From a bacterium (lineage in GTDB: Bacteria > Omnitrophota > Gorgyraeia > Velamenicoccales > JABMQK01): a stretch of 25,009 nucleotides of DNA. Under the pieces are notes generated by a model. That model worked only from the letters and a program-made list of their open reading frames with translations. It searched no databases and was not told where the DNA came from. The translations under genes and the position numbers were made by a program. The stretch lies in NCBI GenBank assembly GCA_013203265.1, contig JABMQK010000209.1, positions 1-25,009 on the forward strand, written 5' to 3'. How positions within the stretch are numbered: the first letter of the stretch is position 1; every line of letters starts with the position of its first letter. Below are positions 7,046 through 15,420 of this stretch, piece after piece.

Positions 7046-8314
7046 ATGGATTACACAATAACAGAAAAGATACTTTTATCGCATACCGATAAAAAATCAA
7101 TTAGGCCTGGTGAGTTTATCTGGGCAAAGATAGATTTTAGCTTGGGTAATGATATTACCGCTCCTATTGCAATAGAACAGTTTGAAAAGTATGGCGCAAA
7201 AAAAGTTTTCGATAATAAAAGAATTGCTCTTATTCCCGACCACTTTACACCCGCAAAAGACATCAAAAGCGCTAATCAGGTTAAGAGGTTAAAAGATTTT
7301 GCTTGTAGATACAGGATAAAACACTACTACGAAGTCGGTCGTATGGGGATTGAACATGCGCTTCTGCCTGAATTGGGTCTAGTAAAACCCGGCGATTTAG
7401 TAATAGGTGCAGATTCTCATACATGTACTTATGGGGCCCTAGGTGCCTTTTCTACTGGTGTAGGATCTACTGATTTAGCAGCGGCTTGGATTACAGGTCA
7501 TTGTTGGTTGAGAGTCCCTGAAAGTATAAAATTTATATACAAAGGCAAACTGCCTAAATGGGTTAGCGGTAAAGATTTAATTCTTTACACTATTTTAGAT
7601 ATTGGTGTCGACGGCGCACTGTATAAAGCTATGGAATTTGGCGGTAGTGCAATTAGACAATTATCCATGGATGATAGATTTGCTATGTGTAATATGGCAA
7701 TTGAAGCCGGAGGAAAATCCGGAATAATTGAGCCCGATAAAACAACATTTGAGTATGTTAAAAAGCGTAGGGATTACAAAGCAAAATTTAGAAATTTAAA
7801 AAGTGATAAGAATGCACGTTACTCTGAGACTAGAGAATATGATGTATCCAGATTAGAACCACAAGTAGCTTGTCCACATCTACCCAGCAATGTAAAACCT
7901 GTAAGCAAATTAAAGAATGTAAAGATTGATCAGGTGTTTATTGGTTCTTGTACAAATGGACGTATTTCTGATTTAAGGATAGCCGCAAGAATTTTAAAAG
8001 GTAAGAAAGTCAATTCCAGAGTGAGAGCAATTATTATTCCGGCGACTCAAAAGATTTATTTGGATGCGATAAAAGAAGGGTTGCTCCAGATTTTTGTCAA
8101 GGCGGGAGGGGTAGTTTCTACTCCTACATGCGGTCCTTGTTTAGGAGGGCATGCAGGAATTTTAGCCGAAGGAGAAGTTGCTTTAGCTACGACTAATAGA
8201 AATTTTGTTGGTCGAATGGGTAGTCCGAAAAGTTTTGTGTATTTGTCAAATCCAGCTGTAGCTGCGGCAAGCGCGATAGCCGGAAAGATCATTCATCCTG
8301 GGGAAATAGTATGA
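7046..8314 (+). CDS. leuC: 3-isopropylmalate dehydratase large subunit (short LeuC/HacA-type subfamily)
   Basis: [24 protein letters not shown] and CGPCLGGH Fe-S cysteines, STNRNF-like [11 protein letters not shown]; adjacent to leuD and leuB. Confidence 0.92.
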   Translation: MDYTITEKILLSHTDKKSIRPGEFIWAKIDFSLGNDITAPIAIEQFEKYGAKKVFDNKRIALIPDHFTPAKDIKSANQVKRLKDFACRYRIKHYYEVGRMGIEHALLPELGLVKPGDLVIGADSHTCTYGALGAFSTGVGSTDLAAAWITGHCWLRVPESIKFIYKGKLPKWVSGKDLILYTILDIGVDGALYKAMEFGGSAIRQLSMDDRFAMCNMAIEAGGKSGIIEPDKTTFEYVKKRRDYKAKFRNLKSDKNARYSETREYDVSRLEPQVACPHLPSNVKPVSKLKNVKIDQVFIGSCTNGRISDLRIAARILKGKKVNSRVRAIIIPATQKIYLDAIKEGLLQIFVKAGGVVSTPTCGPCLGGHAGILAEGEVALATTNRNFVGRMGSPKSFVYLSNPAVAAASAIAGKIIHPGEIV

Positions 8315-8805
8315 TTATTAGAGGAAAAGTTCATAAATTCGGCAATGATATCAACACCGACGATATTATTGCCGCAAAATATTTAAATACTACTGATGCC
8401 AAAGAATTGGGTAAGCACTGTATGGAGACAATCGATTCAGATTTTATACAGAAAGTATCAAAGGGAAATATCATAGTGGGAGGCAAAAATTTTGGCTGTG
8501 GTTCGTCTCGCGAGCATGCTCCTATAGCTATTAAAGGATGCGGCATTTCTTTGGTAATTGCAAAAAGTTTTGCTAGAATATTTTTTAGAAACTCTGTTAA
8601 TATTGGTTTGCCTATATTGGAATTAAAAGATGAAGGTAAGATAAATGAAGGTGATGAATTAGAGGTGGATTTAACAAAAGGTAAAGTTAGAAATTTAATT
8701 CAAAATAAAATTTATGAATCACAGGCATTTGCTGAGTTTATGCAGGAATTAATTCAATCAGGGGGATTGATGAAATGGATTCGAAGAAAACACAATACAA
8801 AATAG
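8311..8805 (+). CDS. leuD: 3-isopropylmalate dehydratase small subunit (short type)
   Basis: [34 protein letters not shown]; ATGA overlap with leuC. Confidence 0.92.
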   Translation: MIIRGKVHKFGNDINTDDIIAAKYLNTTDAKELGKHCMETIDSDFIQKVSKGNIIVGGKNFGCGSSREHAPIAIKGCGISLVIAKSFARIFFRNSVNIGLPILELKDEGKINEGDELEVDLTKGKVRNLIQNKIYESQAFAEFMQELIQSGGLMKWIRRKHNTK

Positions 8806-9842
8806 CTGTAATTCCAGGTGATGGCACAGGGCCAGAAGTTATTAGGGAAGGACTGAAGGTTCTTGAGGTTGTAAGTAGTAAATATGGTTTTAGATACGAA
8901 ACTATCAATTATGATTTTGGCGGAGATAGGCATTTAAAGACTGGTGAAGTCTTGCCGGATTCGGCCTTAGAAGAATTAAAGACTATGTCAGCAATTTATC
9001 TGGGTGCTGTAGGACATCCAGATGTAAAGCCGGGAATTTTAGAAAAAGGTTTACTTTTAAAACTAAGGTTTTCATTAGATCAACACATTAATCTGCGTCC
9101 AGTAAAATTGTACAATGTCGCATTTTGTCCATTGAAAGATAAAGTAGAGAAAGATGTGGATTTTGTAGTTGTGCGTGAAAATTCTGAAGGGCTTTATAAA
9201 GGTATGGGCGAATTTCAAAACAAAGGCACAAAGGATGAGGTAGCAATTCAGATTTCTTACAATACAAGAAAAGGTGTTGAGCGTTGTATTCGTTACGCAT
9301 TTGAATATACACGAAAACGCAACAGACAAAAGAAACTTACACTTTGCGGCAAGACTAATGTTTTAACTTATGCTTGGGATCTATGGGAGCGTACTTTTTA
9401 TGAAGTGGCTAAAGAATACCCTGATATAAAAACAGACTATGCTCATGTTGACGCTACTTGTATGTGGTTTGTCAAAAATCCTGAATGGTTTGACGTAGTC
9501 GTTACAGATAATATGTTTGGTGATATTATCACTGATTTAGGTGCTATGGTTCAAGGCGGAATGGGTATCGCTGCAGGAGGAAATATTAATCCGCAGGGCG
9601 TCTCTATGTTTGAGCCGATTGGTGGCTCTGCCCCAAAATACACCGGAAAAAATGTTATTAATCCTTTAGCTGCGATTTGTGCATTGAGCATGCTTCTTAG
9701 CGAGATTGGTGAAGTTCAAGCAGCAAAGGAAGTTGAAGATGCGGTAATTAAGGTTGTAAAGGAAAAGTTGAAAAGTTTAAGCGCAGGAAAAATGGGTTAT
9801 TCTACGTCTGAAGTTGGCGACCTAGTCGTAAAGAATTTGTAA
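8775..9842 (+). CDS. leuB: 3-isopropylmalate dehydrogenase (beta-decarboxylating dehydrogenase family)
   Basis: [56 protein letters not shown]; follows leuCD; AGGGGG SD about 9 nt upstream of ATG 8775. Confidence 0.88.
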   Translation: MDSKKTQYKIAVIPGDGTGPEVIREGLKVLEVVSSKYGFRYETINYDFGGDRHLKTGEVLPDSALEELKTMSAIYLGAVGHPDVKPGILEKGLLLKLRFSLDQHINLRPVKLYNVAFCPLKDKVEKDVDFVVVRENSEGLYKGMGEFQNKGTKDEVAIQISYNTRKGVERCIRYAFEYTRKRNRQKKLTLCGKTNVLTYAWDLWERTFYEVAKEYPDIKTDYAHVDATCMWFVKNPEWFDVVVTDNMFGDIITDLGAMVQGGMGIAAGGNINPQGVSMFEPIGGSAPKYTGKNVINPLAAICALSMLLSEIGEVQAAKEVEDAVIKVVKEKLKSLSAGKMGYSTSEVGDLVVKNL

Positions 9843-9866
9843 CAAATACAAAATTGAGGATTAATC

Positions 9867-10955
9867 ATGAAGAAAAAGAAGGCATATAATGTTGCAGTCA
9901 TAGGTGTAGGCGTGGTTGGACAGATGATGTTGCGTATTTTGAAAGAACGCAATTTTCCAATTAAGAATTTAAGGGTATTTGCGCGCAGTGCACGTCAGAT
10001 TCAAGTGGATGGGATTAGTTATGACGTTCAAGTTATTAGCCCCGAAGGATTTGAGGGTGTTGATATTGCCTTGTTTGCAGGGACTGAAGGAGAAAAAGGT
10101 GCATCTGTAACTTTTGCTGGTGAAGCGGTAAAGAGGGGAGCGATAGTAATTGATAATGGAGCTGATTTTAGAATGGATCCAGATGTTCCTTTGGTTGTTC
10201 CCGAAGTAAATCCTAAAGATGCAAAAAAATATCGCAAGAAAGGCATAATTGCTAATCCTAACTGTTCAACTATTCAGATGGTTGTTGCTTTATGGCCGAT
10301 ACATAAAGTAGTAAAGATTAAAAGGGTGGTGGTTTCTTCTTATCAAGCTGCATCTGGAGCAGGAAGAGGAACGGTTGAGCAATTATTTAAAGAGACAAAA
10401 GAAATTCTTGATGCAGGATGCAGGATGCCTGCCTTGCCGGCAGGCAGGCAGGAAGCAGGAAGAATTGAACCTGAATCGTGTATTTTGAATCACGAGTCAA
10501 AAATTTTACCTAAACAGATTGCTTTCAATGTTCTTCCTCATATTGGAAGCTTTGGTGAATCTGATTATACCTCTGAAGAGTGGAAGATGGTAAGAGAGAC
10601 GCATAAAATTATGCATAGCGATAAGATAAAAATCAGTGCCACTACTGTGAGAGTGCCAGTTCGAACTGGTCATGCCGAAGCCATTTACATTGAAACAAAA
10701 AAGGATTTTTCTCTTGATCAATTAAGAGAATTATTAAAGAATTCTGCGGGTATCGAATTAATCGATGATCCCAAAAATAATCTTTATCCTCTGCCAATCG
10801 AAGCTGAAGATAAAGATGCTGTTTTTGTTGGTCGAATACGTAAAGACCCATATGTTAAGAATGCATTCTGGCTTTGGGTTGTTTCAGATAATCTTCGTAA
10901 AGGCGCTGCTTTGAACGCAGTGCAAATTGCAGAACTTCTAATAGCTAAGAAATAA
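9867..10955 (+). CDS. asd: Aspartate-semialdehyde dehydrogenase with a repeat-derived internal insertion
   Basis: GVGVVGQ, IDNGADFRMDPDVPLVVPEVN, IANPNCST (catalytic Cys), SYQAASGAG, RVPVRTGHAE, DNLRKGAALNAVQIAE. Confidence 0.97.
   Translation: MKKKKAYNVAVIGVGVVGQMMLRILKERNFPIKNLRVFARSARQIQVDGISYDVQVISPEGFEGVDIALFAGTEGEKGASVTFAGEAVKRGAIVIDNGADFRMDPDVPLVVPEVNPKDAKKYRKKGIIANPNCSTIQMVVALWPIHKVVKIKRVVVSSYQAASGAGRGTVEQLFKETKEILDAGCRMPALPAGRQEAGRIEPESCILNHESKILPKQIAFNVLPHIGSFGESDYTSEEWKMVRETHKIMHSDKIKISATTVRVPVRTGHAEAIYIETKKDFSLDQLRELLKNSAGIELIDDPKNNLYPLPIEAEDKDAVFVGRIRKDPYVKNAFWLWVVSDNLRKGAALNAVQIAELLIAKK
10410..10498. repeat. Heptamer array (GATGCAG) with an inserted 21-bp palindrome, in frame inside asd
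   Basis: GATGCAG GATGCAG GATGC[CTGCCTTGCCGGCAGGCAGGC]AG GAAGCAG, then degenerate inverse heptamers CTGAATC GTGTATT TTGAATC ACGAGTC (10471-10498). Confidence 0.85.
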
Positions 10956-10956
10956 A

Positions 10957-12543
10957 ATGTTTGATAGGAATCAGTCCAGAATAATAATTATTCTTGGATT
11001 ATTGGGAGTTTTTAGTTGTATCTTTTCTTTCTCTCGCCTTTCTGAAATTCCCGCTCTTGATTTTAAATTTCCCCTAGAAAAAGAAAAAATTATTATTAAA
11101 GCAGATAGCTTTATTGATTTACAGGGATATTCTTATAGATCCCCTATAAAAAAAGTCAAAGCCTTATCAGATGAGAAAAATATTATTTATCTTCAGAGAA
11201 GATTTGGCGTTAAAAGAGCCAATCAATTTTTAAAATCTTTACCTCTATATTATTGGCAGATAGATTATGTTTATGGTAAGGACAGAAAATTTCTGTATTC
11301 AAAAAAATCAAGACAGCTTACAAGGATATTCATTAGTCCGGTTGACGGAAAGATAATTGGATTTAATCATTTACCAAAGCCAGAAGAATATAAGCATTTT
11401 CGTATTTTATCAAAGGACGAATCAGAAGCGATAGCGGACGATTTTTTTAGTTTAATAGACTTTGATATTTCTGGTTTTAGAATGTCAAGGTATTCTTCCA
11501 TAGAGAGAAAACATATTTTTGAATGGGAGAAGATTATTCCCGAATTCAAAACAGCAAAATTAAGAATAAAGTTAGATATTTTTGGGGATAAAGTTGGTAA
11601 TTTTTCTTATTTTCTCGAGTTGCATCCTAAAGAAATCAAACAATTCGAATCCGGTAATATTTTAGCTTTAGTCCTGTCTACTGTTTTGAATGTGTTGGTG
11701 TTTGCTTTAGTTATTTTTGTTTTAATAGTTTCAATTAGAAAACGAAAGAAGTTAGAGTGGAAATTCGGCTTACCCTTTGCTTTGTTAATTTTGTTAACTT
11801 CGTTGATAAATTTCTATAAGTTAATTGATTATAAAGGGTCATTTTTGATTACATTTTTGTGTGTTTCTGTTTTTAGTGCTGTTGTCTATTTTCTTTGGAC
11901 GATGATAGTATCATGTGTTGCGAAATTTTTTGCTAAAGAATCGAATATAGATTTTTTCCCAATTAAAGTTTCCTCTTCGATTATGTTAAGTTATATTTTT
12001 GTTTTTACGGGTTTGGGTTTTACTATGTTGATATACGTTTTTATTCAAAAATTATTTAATCCAGTTGCTACTTTGGGATTCTATAGTTTTTTCTCCGAAT
12101 TTCCCCATTTTAGATTTTCTTTTTTAATTGCACCACTCCTATCTTTAAGCGCTGCAGTTGGTGAGGAATTATTTTTTAGGGCCCTTATGATTTCTTTTAT
12201 AAATAGATATTTAAAGAGGATGGGTCCGGCGATTGTGCTATCTAGCCTAATATGGTCTTTTATTCATGTTTCACCGATTGGATATGGCGATGTCTATCCT
12301 GGTTTTGTTAAAGGTCTCATCTTATTGCCAATAGGAATCTTATTTGGTTATATCTTTATAAGATTTGGTTTGGTTTGTGCCATTGTAACCCACTATCTTT
12401 ACGACCTTGTTGCCATAGGAACATCTTATTTAGAATTTAGTAATTTTCGCTATTTGAATGAAAATGTTATTATGATGTTAGCGGCTGCTATTTTGCCATT
12501 ATTAATTGTGTTTTACCTTAAGTTTAAAAAACCTAATGCATAA
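10957..12543 (+). CDS. CPBP (Abi / type II CAAX) family intramembrane glutamic metalloprotease with an N-terminal soluble domain
   Basis: N-terminal hydrophobic helix, ~200 aa polar domain, then many TM segments. Motifs E403-E404-x3-R408 (GEELFFR), SFIH437 and H479-YLY-D483. Confidence 0.75.
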   Translation: MFDRNQSRIIIILGLLGVFSCIFSFSRLSEIPALDFKFPLEKEKIIIKADSFIDLQGYSYRSPIKKVKALSDEKNIIYLQRRFGVKRANQFLKSLPLYYWQIDYVYGKDRKFLYSKKSRQLTRIFISPVDGKIIGFNHLPKPEEYKHFRILSKDESEAIADDFFSLIDFDISGFRMSRYSSIERKHIFEWEKIIPEFKTAKLRIKLDIFGDKVGNFSYFLELHPKEIKQFESGNILALVLSTVLNVLVFALVIFVLIVSIRKRKKLEWKFGLPFALLILLTSLINFYKLIDYKGSFLITFLCVSVFSAVVYFLWTMIVSCVAKFFAKESNIDFFPIKVSSSIMLSYIFVFTGLGFTMLIYVFIQKLFNPVATLGFYSFFSEFPHFRFSFLIAPLLSLSAAVGEELFFRALMISFINRYLKRMGPAIVLSSLIWSFIHVSPIGYGDVYPGFVKGLILLPIGILFGYIFIRFGLVCAIVTHYLYDLVAIGTSYLEFSNFRYLNENVIMMLAAAILPLLIVFYLKFKKPNA

Positions 12544-13312
12544 TATAAAGTTAACCATAGAATATGACGGGACCAAATATTGCGGTTGGCAGAAACAAAG
12601 AGTCAAAAGGTTTGGTTTTAAGAAGAAAAAACAAAAACTCGCCATTCAAGAAGCTATAGAATCTTGTATTAAGAAAGTACTTAGACAAAAAGTAAATATT
12701 ATTTCTTCAGGACGGACTGATAGCGGAGTGCATGCGTTAAAACAGGTGGCAAATTTTAAGACAACATCTAATATTAGGCCCCATAAGATAAAATTGGCAC
12801 TCAATGGTAATTTACCTAGAGATATACGGATTTCAGAGGCCGAGAGCGTTTCTTTGAAATTCCATTCGCGATACTCAGCTAAATCAAAGGTCTATCGCTA
12901 TATCATTCTAAATCAAGACCATAAATCGCCTTTCTGGGTCAATTATTCATATTGGTTTAAGTTCCCGTTGGATATAAGACTGATGAAAAAAGCTGCTAGT
13001 AATTTATTAGGAAGGAATGATTTTAAGGCATTTTGTGCTAGTGGTTCCAGTGTAGAAGACACTACAAGAAGTATAAAACGACTATCTATTGCTAATTTCA
13101 ATTATTTTTCATGTAATGCGATCTGTATTGAAATTGAGGCAGACGGATTTTTATATAATATGGTGAGAAATATTGTGGGGACATTGATTGAGGTTGGAAG
13201 AGGCAGATTTATCCCAAAAGATATTAAGAAAATTATTGAAAGCAGGGATAGATCTTTAGCTGGTCCTTGCGTTCCTGCCAAAGGGCTCTTTCTTATAGAG
13301 GTTAAATATTAG
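12536..13312 (+). CDS. truA: tRNA pseudouridine(38-40) synthase TruA
   Basis: IEYDGTKYCGWQKQ, SGRTDSGVHA (catalytic Asp), GFLYNMVRNIVG, PAKGLFLIEVKY. Start set at ATG 12536 (MHNIKL), overlapping the upstream gene by 8 nt. Confidence 0.97.
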   Translation: MHNIKLTIEYDGTKYCGWQKQRVKRFGFKKKKQKLAIQEAIESCIKKVLRQKVNIISSGRTDSGVHALKQVANFKTTSNIRPHKIKLALNGNLPRDIRISEAESVSLKFHSRYSAKSKVYRYIILNQDHKSPFWVNYSYWFKFPLDIRLMKKAASNLLGRNDFKAFCASGSSVEDTTRSIKRLSIANFNYFSCNAICIEIEADGFLYNMVRNIVGTLIEVGRGRFIPKDIKKIIESRDRSLAGPCVPAKGLFLIEVKY

Positions 13313-13346
13313 TGTTATCGAAATAACATCGGAGCCAAATTTGATA

Positions 13347-13374
13347 TTGACAAATAGCAAAAAAATGTTATACT
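13347..13374 (+). promoter_or_regulatory. Sigma70-type promoter for rplM-rpsI
   Basis: TTGACA (13347-13352), 16 bp spacer, extended -10 TG-T-TATACT (13369-13374). Confidence 0.75.
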
Positions 13375-13383
13375 TTTATCCTT

Positions 13384-13821
13384 ATGAATAAGACTACGTT
13401 TATGGCCAAAAAAGGCGAAATAAAACATTCTTGGTATATGGTTGACGCTACCAATAAGATTCTTGGTAGGCTGGCTGCTAAGGTAGCCTCAATTATTAAA
13501 GGAAAACATAAAGCAATTTTTACGCCTCATGTTGATTGCGGAGATTATGTTATTGTTGTAAATGCTTCAAAGATAAAGGTTACTGGTAGGAAGTTAAAAG
13601 AGAAAAAATATCTGAATTATTCTGGTTACCCGGGTGGACTAAAAGAGACTTCTTTAGAAAATATGCTTAAAAATAAACCAACTGAGGTAATAAAAAGAGC
13701 GGTGCGTAGGATGCTACCCAGAAAGCCTCTTTACGTGAAGGCGTTGAATAAATTGAGGATTTTCACTGGAGATAAACACCCTTATACTAATATTAAGAAA
13801 ATAAAGAAATTAGAGATATAA
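13384..13821 (+). CDS. rplM: 50S ribosomal protein L13
   Basis: WYMVDATNKILGRLA, FTPHVDCGDYVIVVNA, YSGYPGGLKE, AVRRMLP. Confidence 0.98.
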   Translation: MNKTTFMAKKGEIKHSWYMVDATNKILGRLAAKVASIIKGKHKAIFTPHVDCGDYVIVVNASKIKVTGRKLKEKKYLNYSGYPGGLKETSLENMLKNKPTEVIKRAVRRMLPRKPLYVKALNKLRIFTGDKHPYTNIKKIKKLEI

Positions 13822-13841
13822 ATACAAGAAAGCGTAGAGAT

Positions 13842-14237
13842 ATGGAAACAGTTACAAAATACAGAGCGACAGGAAGAAGAAAAGATGCTATAGCGACAGT
13901 AGAGCTCTTTGCTGGCAAGGGAGAAATTGTAGTTAATAAAAAACCTTGCGATTCCTATTTTTTAAGGGAGACCGACAGATTAATTTTGAGGCAACCTCTT
14001 GAAATCACTAATACCTTGGGTAAAGTGAATGTAAATGCGAAGGTAAGAGGAGGGGGTGCGACTGGTCAAGCTGGAGCATTGAGGCATGGTATTTCCAGGG
14101 CGCTATCTTTGATCGACGAGAACCACAGATTGATATTAAGAAAGGATGGATTTTTGACCCGCGATCCACGCACAAAAGAGCGCAAGAAATATGGTTTGAA
14201 GGGTGCTCGCAAGCGCTTCCAGTGGACGAAGAGGTAA
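13842..14237 (+). CDS. rpsI: 30S ribosomal protein S9
   Basis: TGRRKDAIA, VRGGGATGQAGALRHGISRAL, GFLTRDPR, ERKKYGLKGARK; follows rplM. Confidence 0.98.
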   Translation: METVTKYRATGRRKDAIATVELFAGKGEIVVNKKPCDSYFLRETDRLILRQPLEITNTLGKVNVNAKVRGGGATGQAGALRHGISRALSLIDENHRLILRKDGFLTRDPRTKERKKYGLKGARKRFQWTKR

Positions 14238-14295
14238 GCACAAAGTTACATATAAAATAAGACAATAAATTTAATTTTGTAATATAGTGATTATG

Positions 14296-14340
14296 GCCTA
14301 TCTCGACGAAAAAAGCTTGACGAGATGGGTTTTTTATTTT
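14296..14340 (+). terminator. Intrinsic terminator after rpsI
   Basis: GCCTATCTCG (14296-14305) / CGAGATGGGT (14321-14330) stem followed by TTTTTATTTT. Confidence 0.75.
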
Positions 14341-14345
14341 AGGAT
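14317..14345 (+). promoter_or_regulatory. Candidate promoter of the arg-lys operon, overlapping the terminator
   Basis: TTGACG (14317-14322), 17 bp spacer, TAGGAT (14340-14345). Confidence 0.4.
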
Positions 14346-14400
14346 AGTATATACTTATTGACGATAAAAATAAATTTCTCGAGAATTTAGAGGTGATGAA

Positions 14401-15420
14401 ATGATAAAGATAGGAATAATAGGTGCTACTGGATATACCGGTGAAGAGCTGATAAAGATTTTAATAAGGCATCCACATGTGAGGCTTACTTATTTGGCCG
14501 CTAAAATCGATAAAGAACAACCCATCGATGAGATTTTTCCTTATTTAAAGAATAGGTTGAGTTTAAAATGTGAAATACTAGATATTCAGAAGGCAATATC
14601 GAAGGCTGATTTGTTTTTTCTTGCACTACCGCATACTATATCTATTAAGGTTGCACCTATACTTCTGAATCATAAAAAGCAGGTAATTGATTTAAGCGCA
14701 GATTACAGATTGAAGAATAGTAATGTTTATAAAAAATGGTATGAGGTTGTACATAAGGATAAAATTAATCTTAAGAAATCTGTGTATGGTTTACCAGAAT
14801 TGTACAGAGAGAAGATAAAAAATGCGGATTTAATTGCTAATCCCGGATGCTATCCCACTTCTGCAATATTAAGTATTGCTCCAGCTTTGGTCTCTGGTAT
14901 TATAAAATGTGATTCTATTATCATTGACGCAAAGTCGGGAGCGACAGGAATTGGAAGAAGAGCATCTATGAGCTTTTTTTATTCTGAGATAAACGAGAGC
15001 ATTAAGGCCTATAAAATAGACTGTCATCAACATATGCCAGAGATAGATCAAGAGTTATCGAAGATAGCAGATAAAAAGGTCAATGTTTCTTTCTGTCCCC
15101 ATTTGGTTCCTATGAATAGAGGGATTTTAGAGACTATTTATTTAAAATTAAAGAAAAAAATAAGTCTGCCACAAGTATTAAAGATTTATGAGAGGTTTTA
15201 TAAAACTGAACCTTTTGTTAGAATTGTTAAGGCCGATTCGTTTTCGACTAAGAATGTATTAGATACAAATTTTTGTGATATAGGATTGAGGATAAGTGAG
15301 AATAGAGGCCTTTTAGTCGTCGTTTCAGCTATTGATAATCTTTTGAAGGGTGCCTCTGGCCAAGCAGTGCAGAATATGAACATTATGTGTGGTTTTCCAG
15401 AAGTAGGTGGTTTATTATAG
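14401..15420 (+). CDS. argC: N-acetyl-gamma-glutamyl-phosphate reductase
   Basis: IIGATGYTG, LALPH, IDLSADYRL, YGLPE, IANPGCYPT (catalytic Cys), HQHMPEI, DNLLKGASGQAVQNMN. Confidence 0.98.
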   Translation: MIKIGIIGATGYTGEELIKILIRHPHVRLTYLAAKIDKEQPIDEIFPYLKNRLSLKCEILDIQKAISKADLFFLALPHTISIKVAPILLNHKKQVIDLSADYRLKNSNVYKKWYEVVHKDKINLKKSVYGLPELYREKIKNADLIANPGCYPTSAILSIAPALVSGIIKCDSIIIDAKSGATGIGRRASMSFFYSEINESIKAYKIDCHQHMPEIDQELSKIADKKVNVSFCPHLVPMNRGILETIYLKLKKKISLPQVLKIYERFYKTEPFVRIVKADSFSTKNVLDTNFCDIGLRISENRGLLVVVSAIDNLLKGASGQAVQNMNIMCGFPEVGGLL

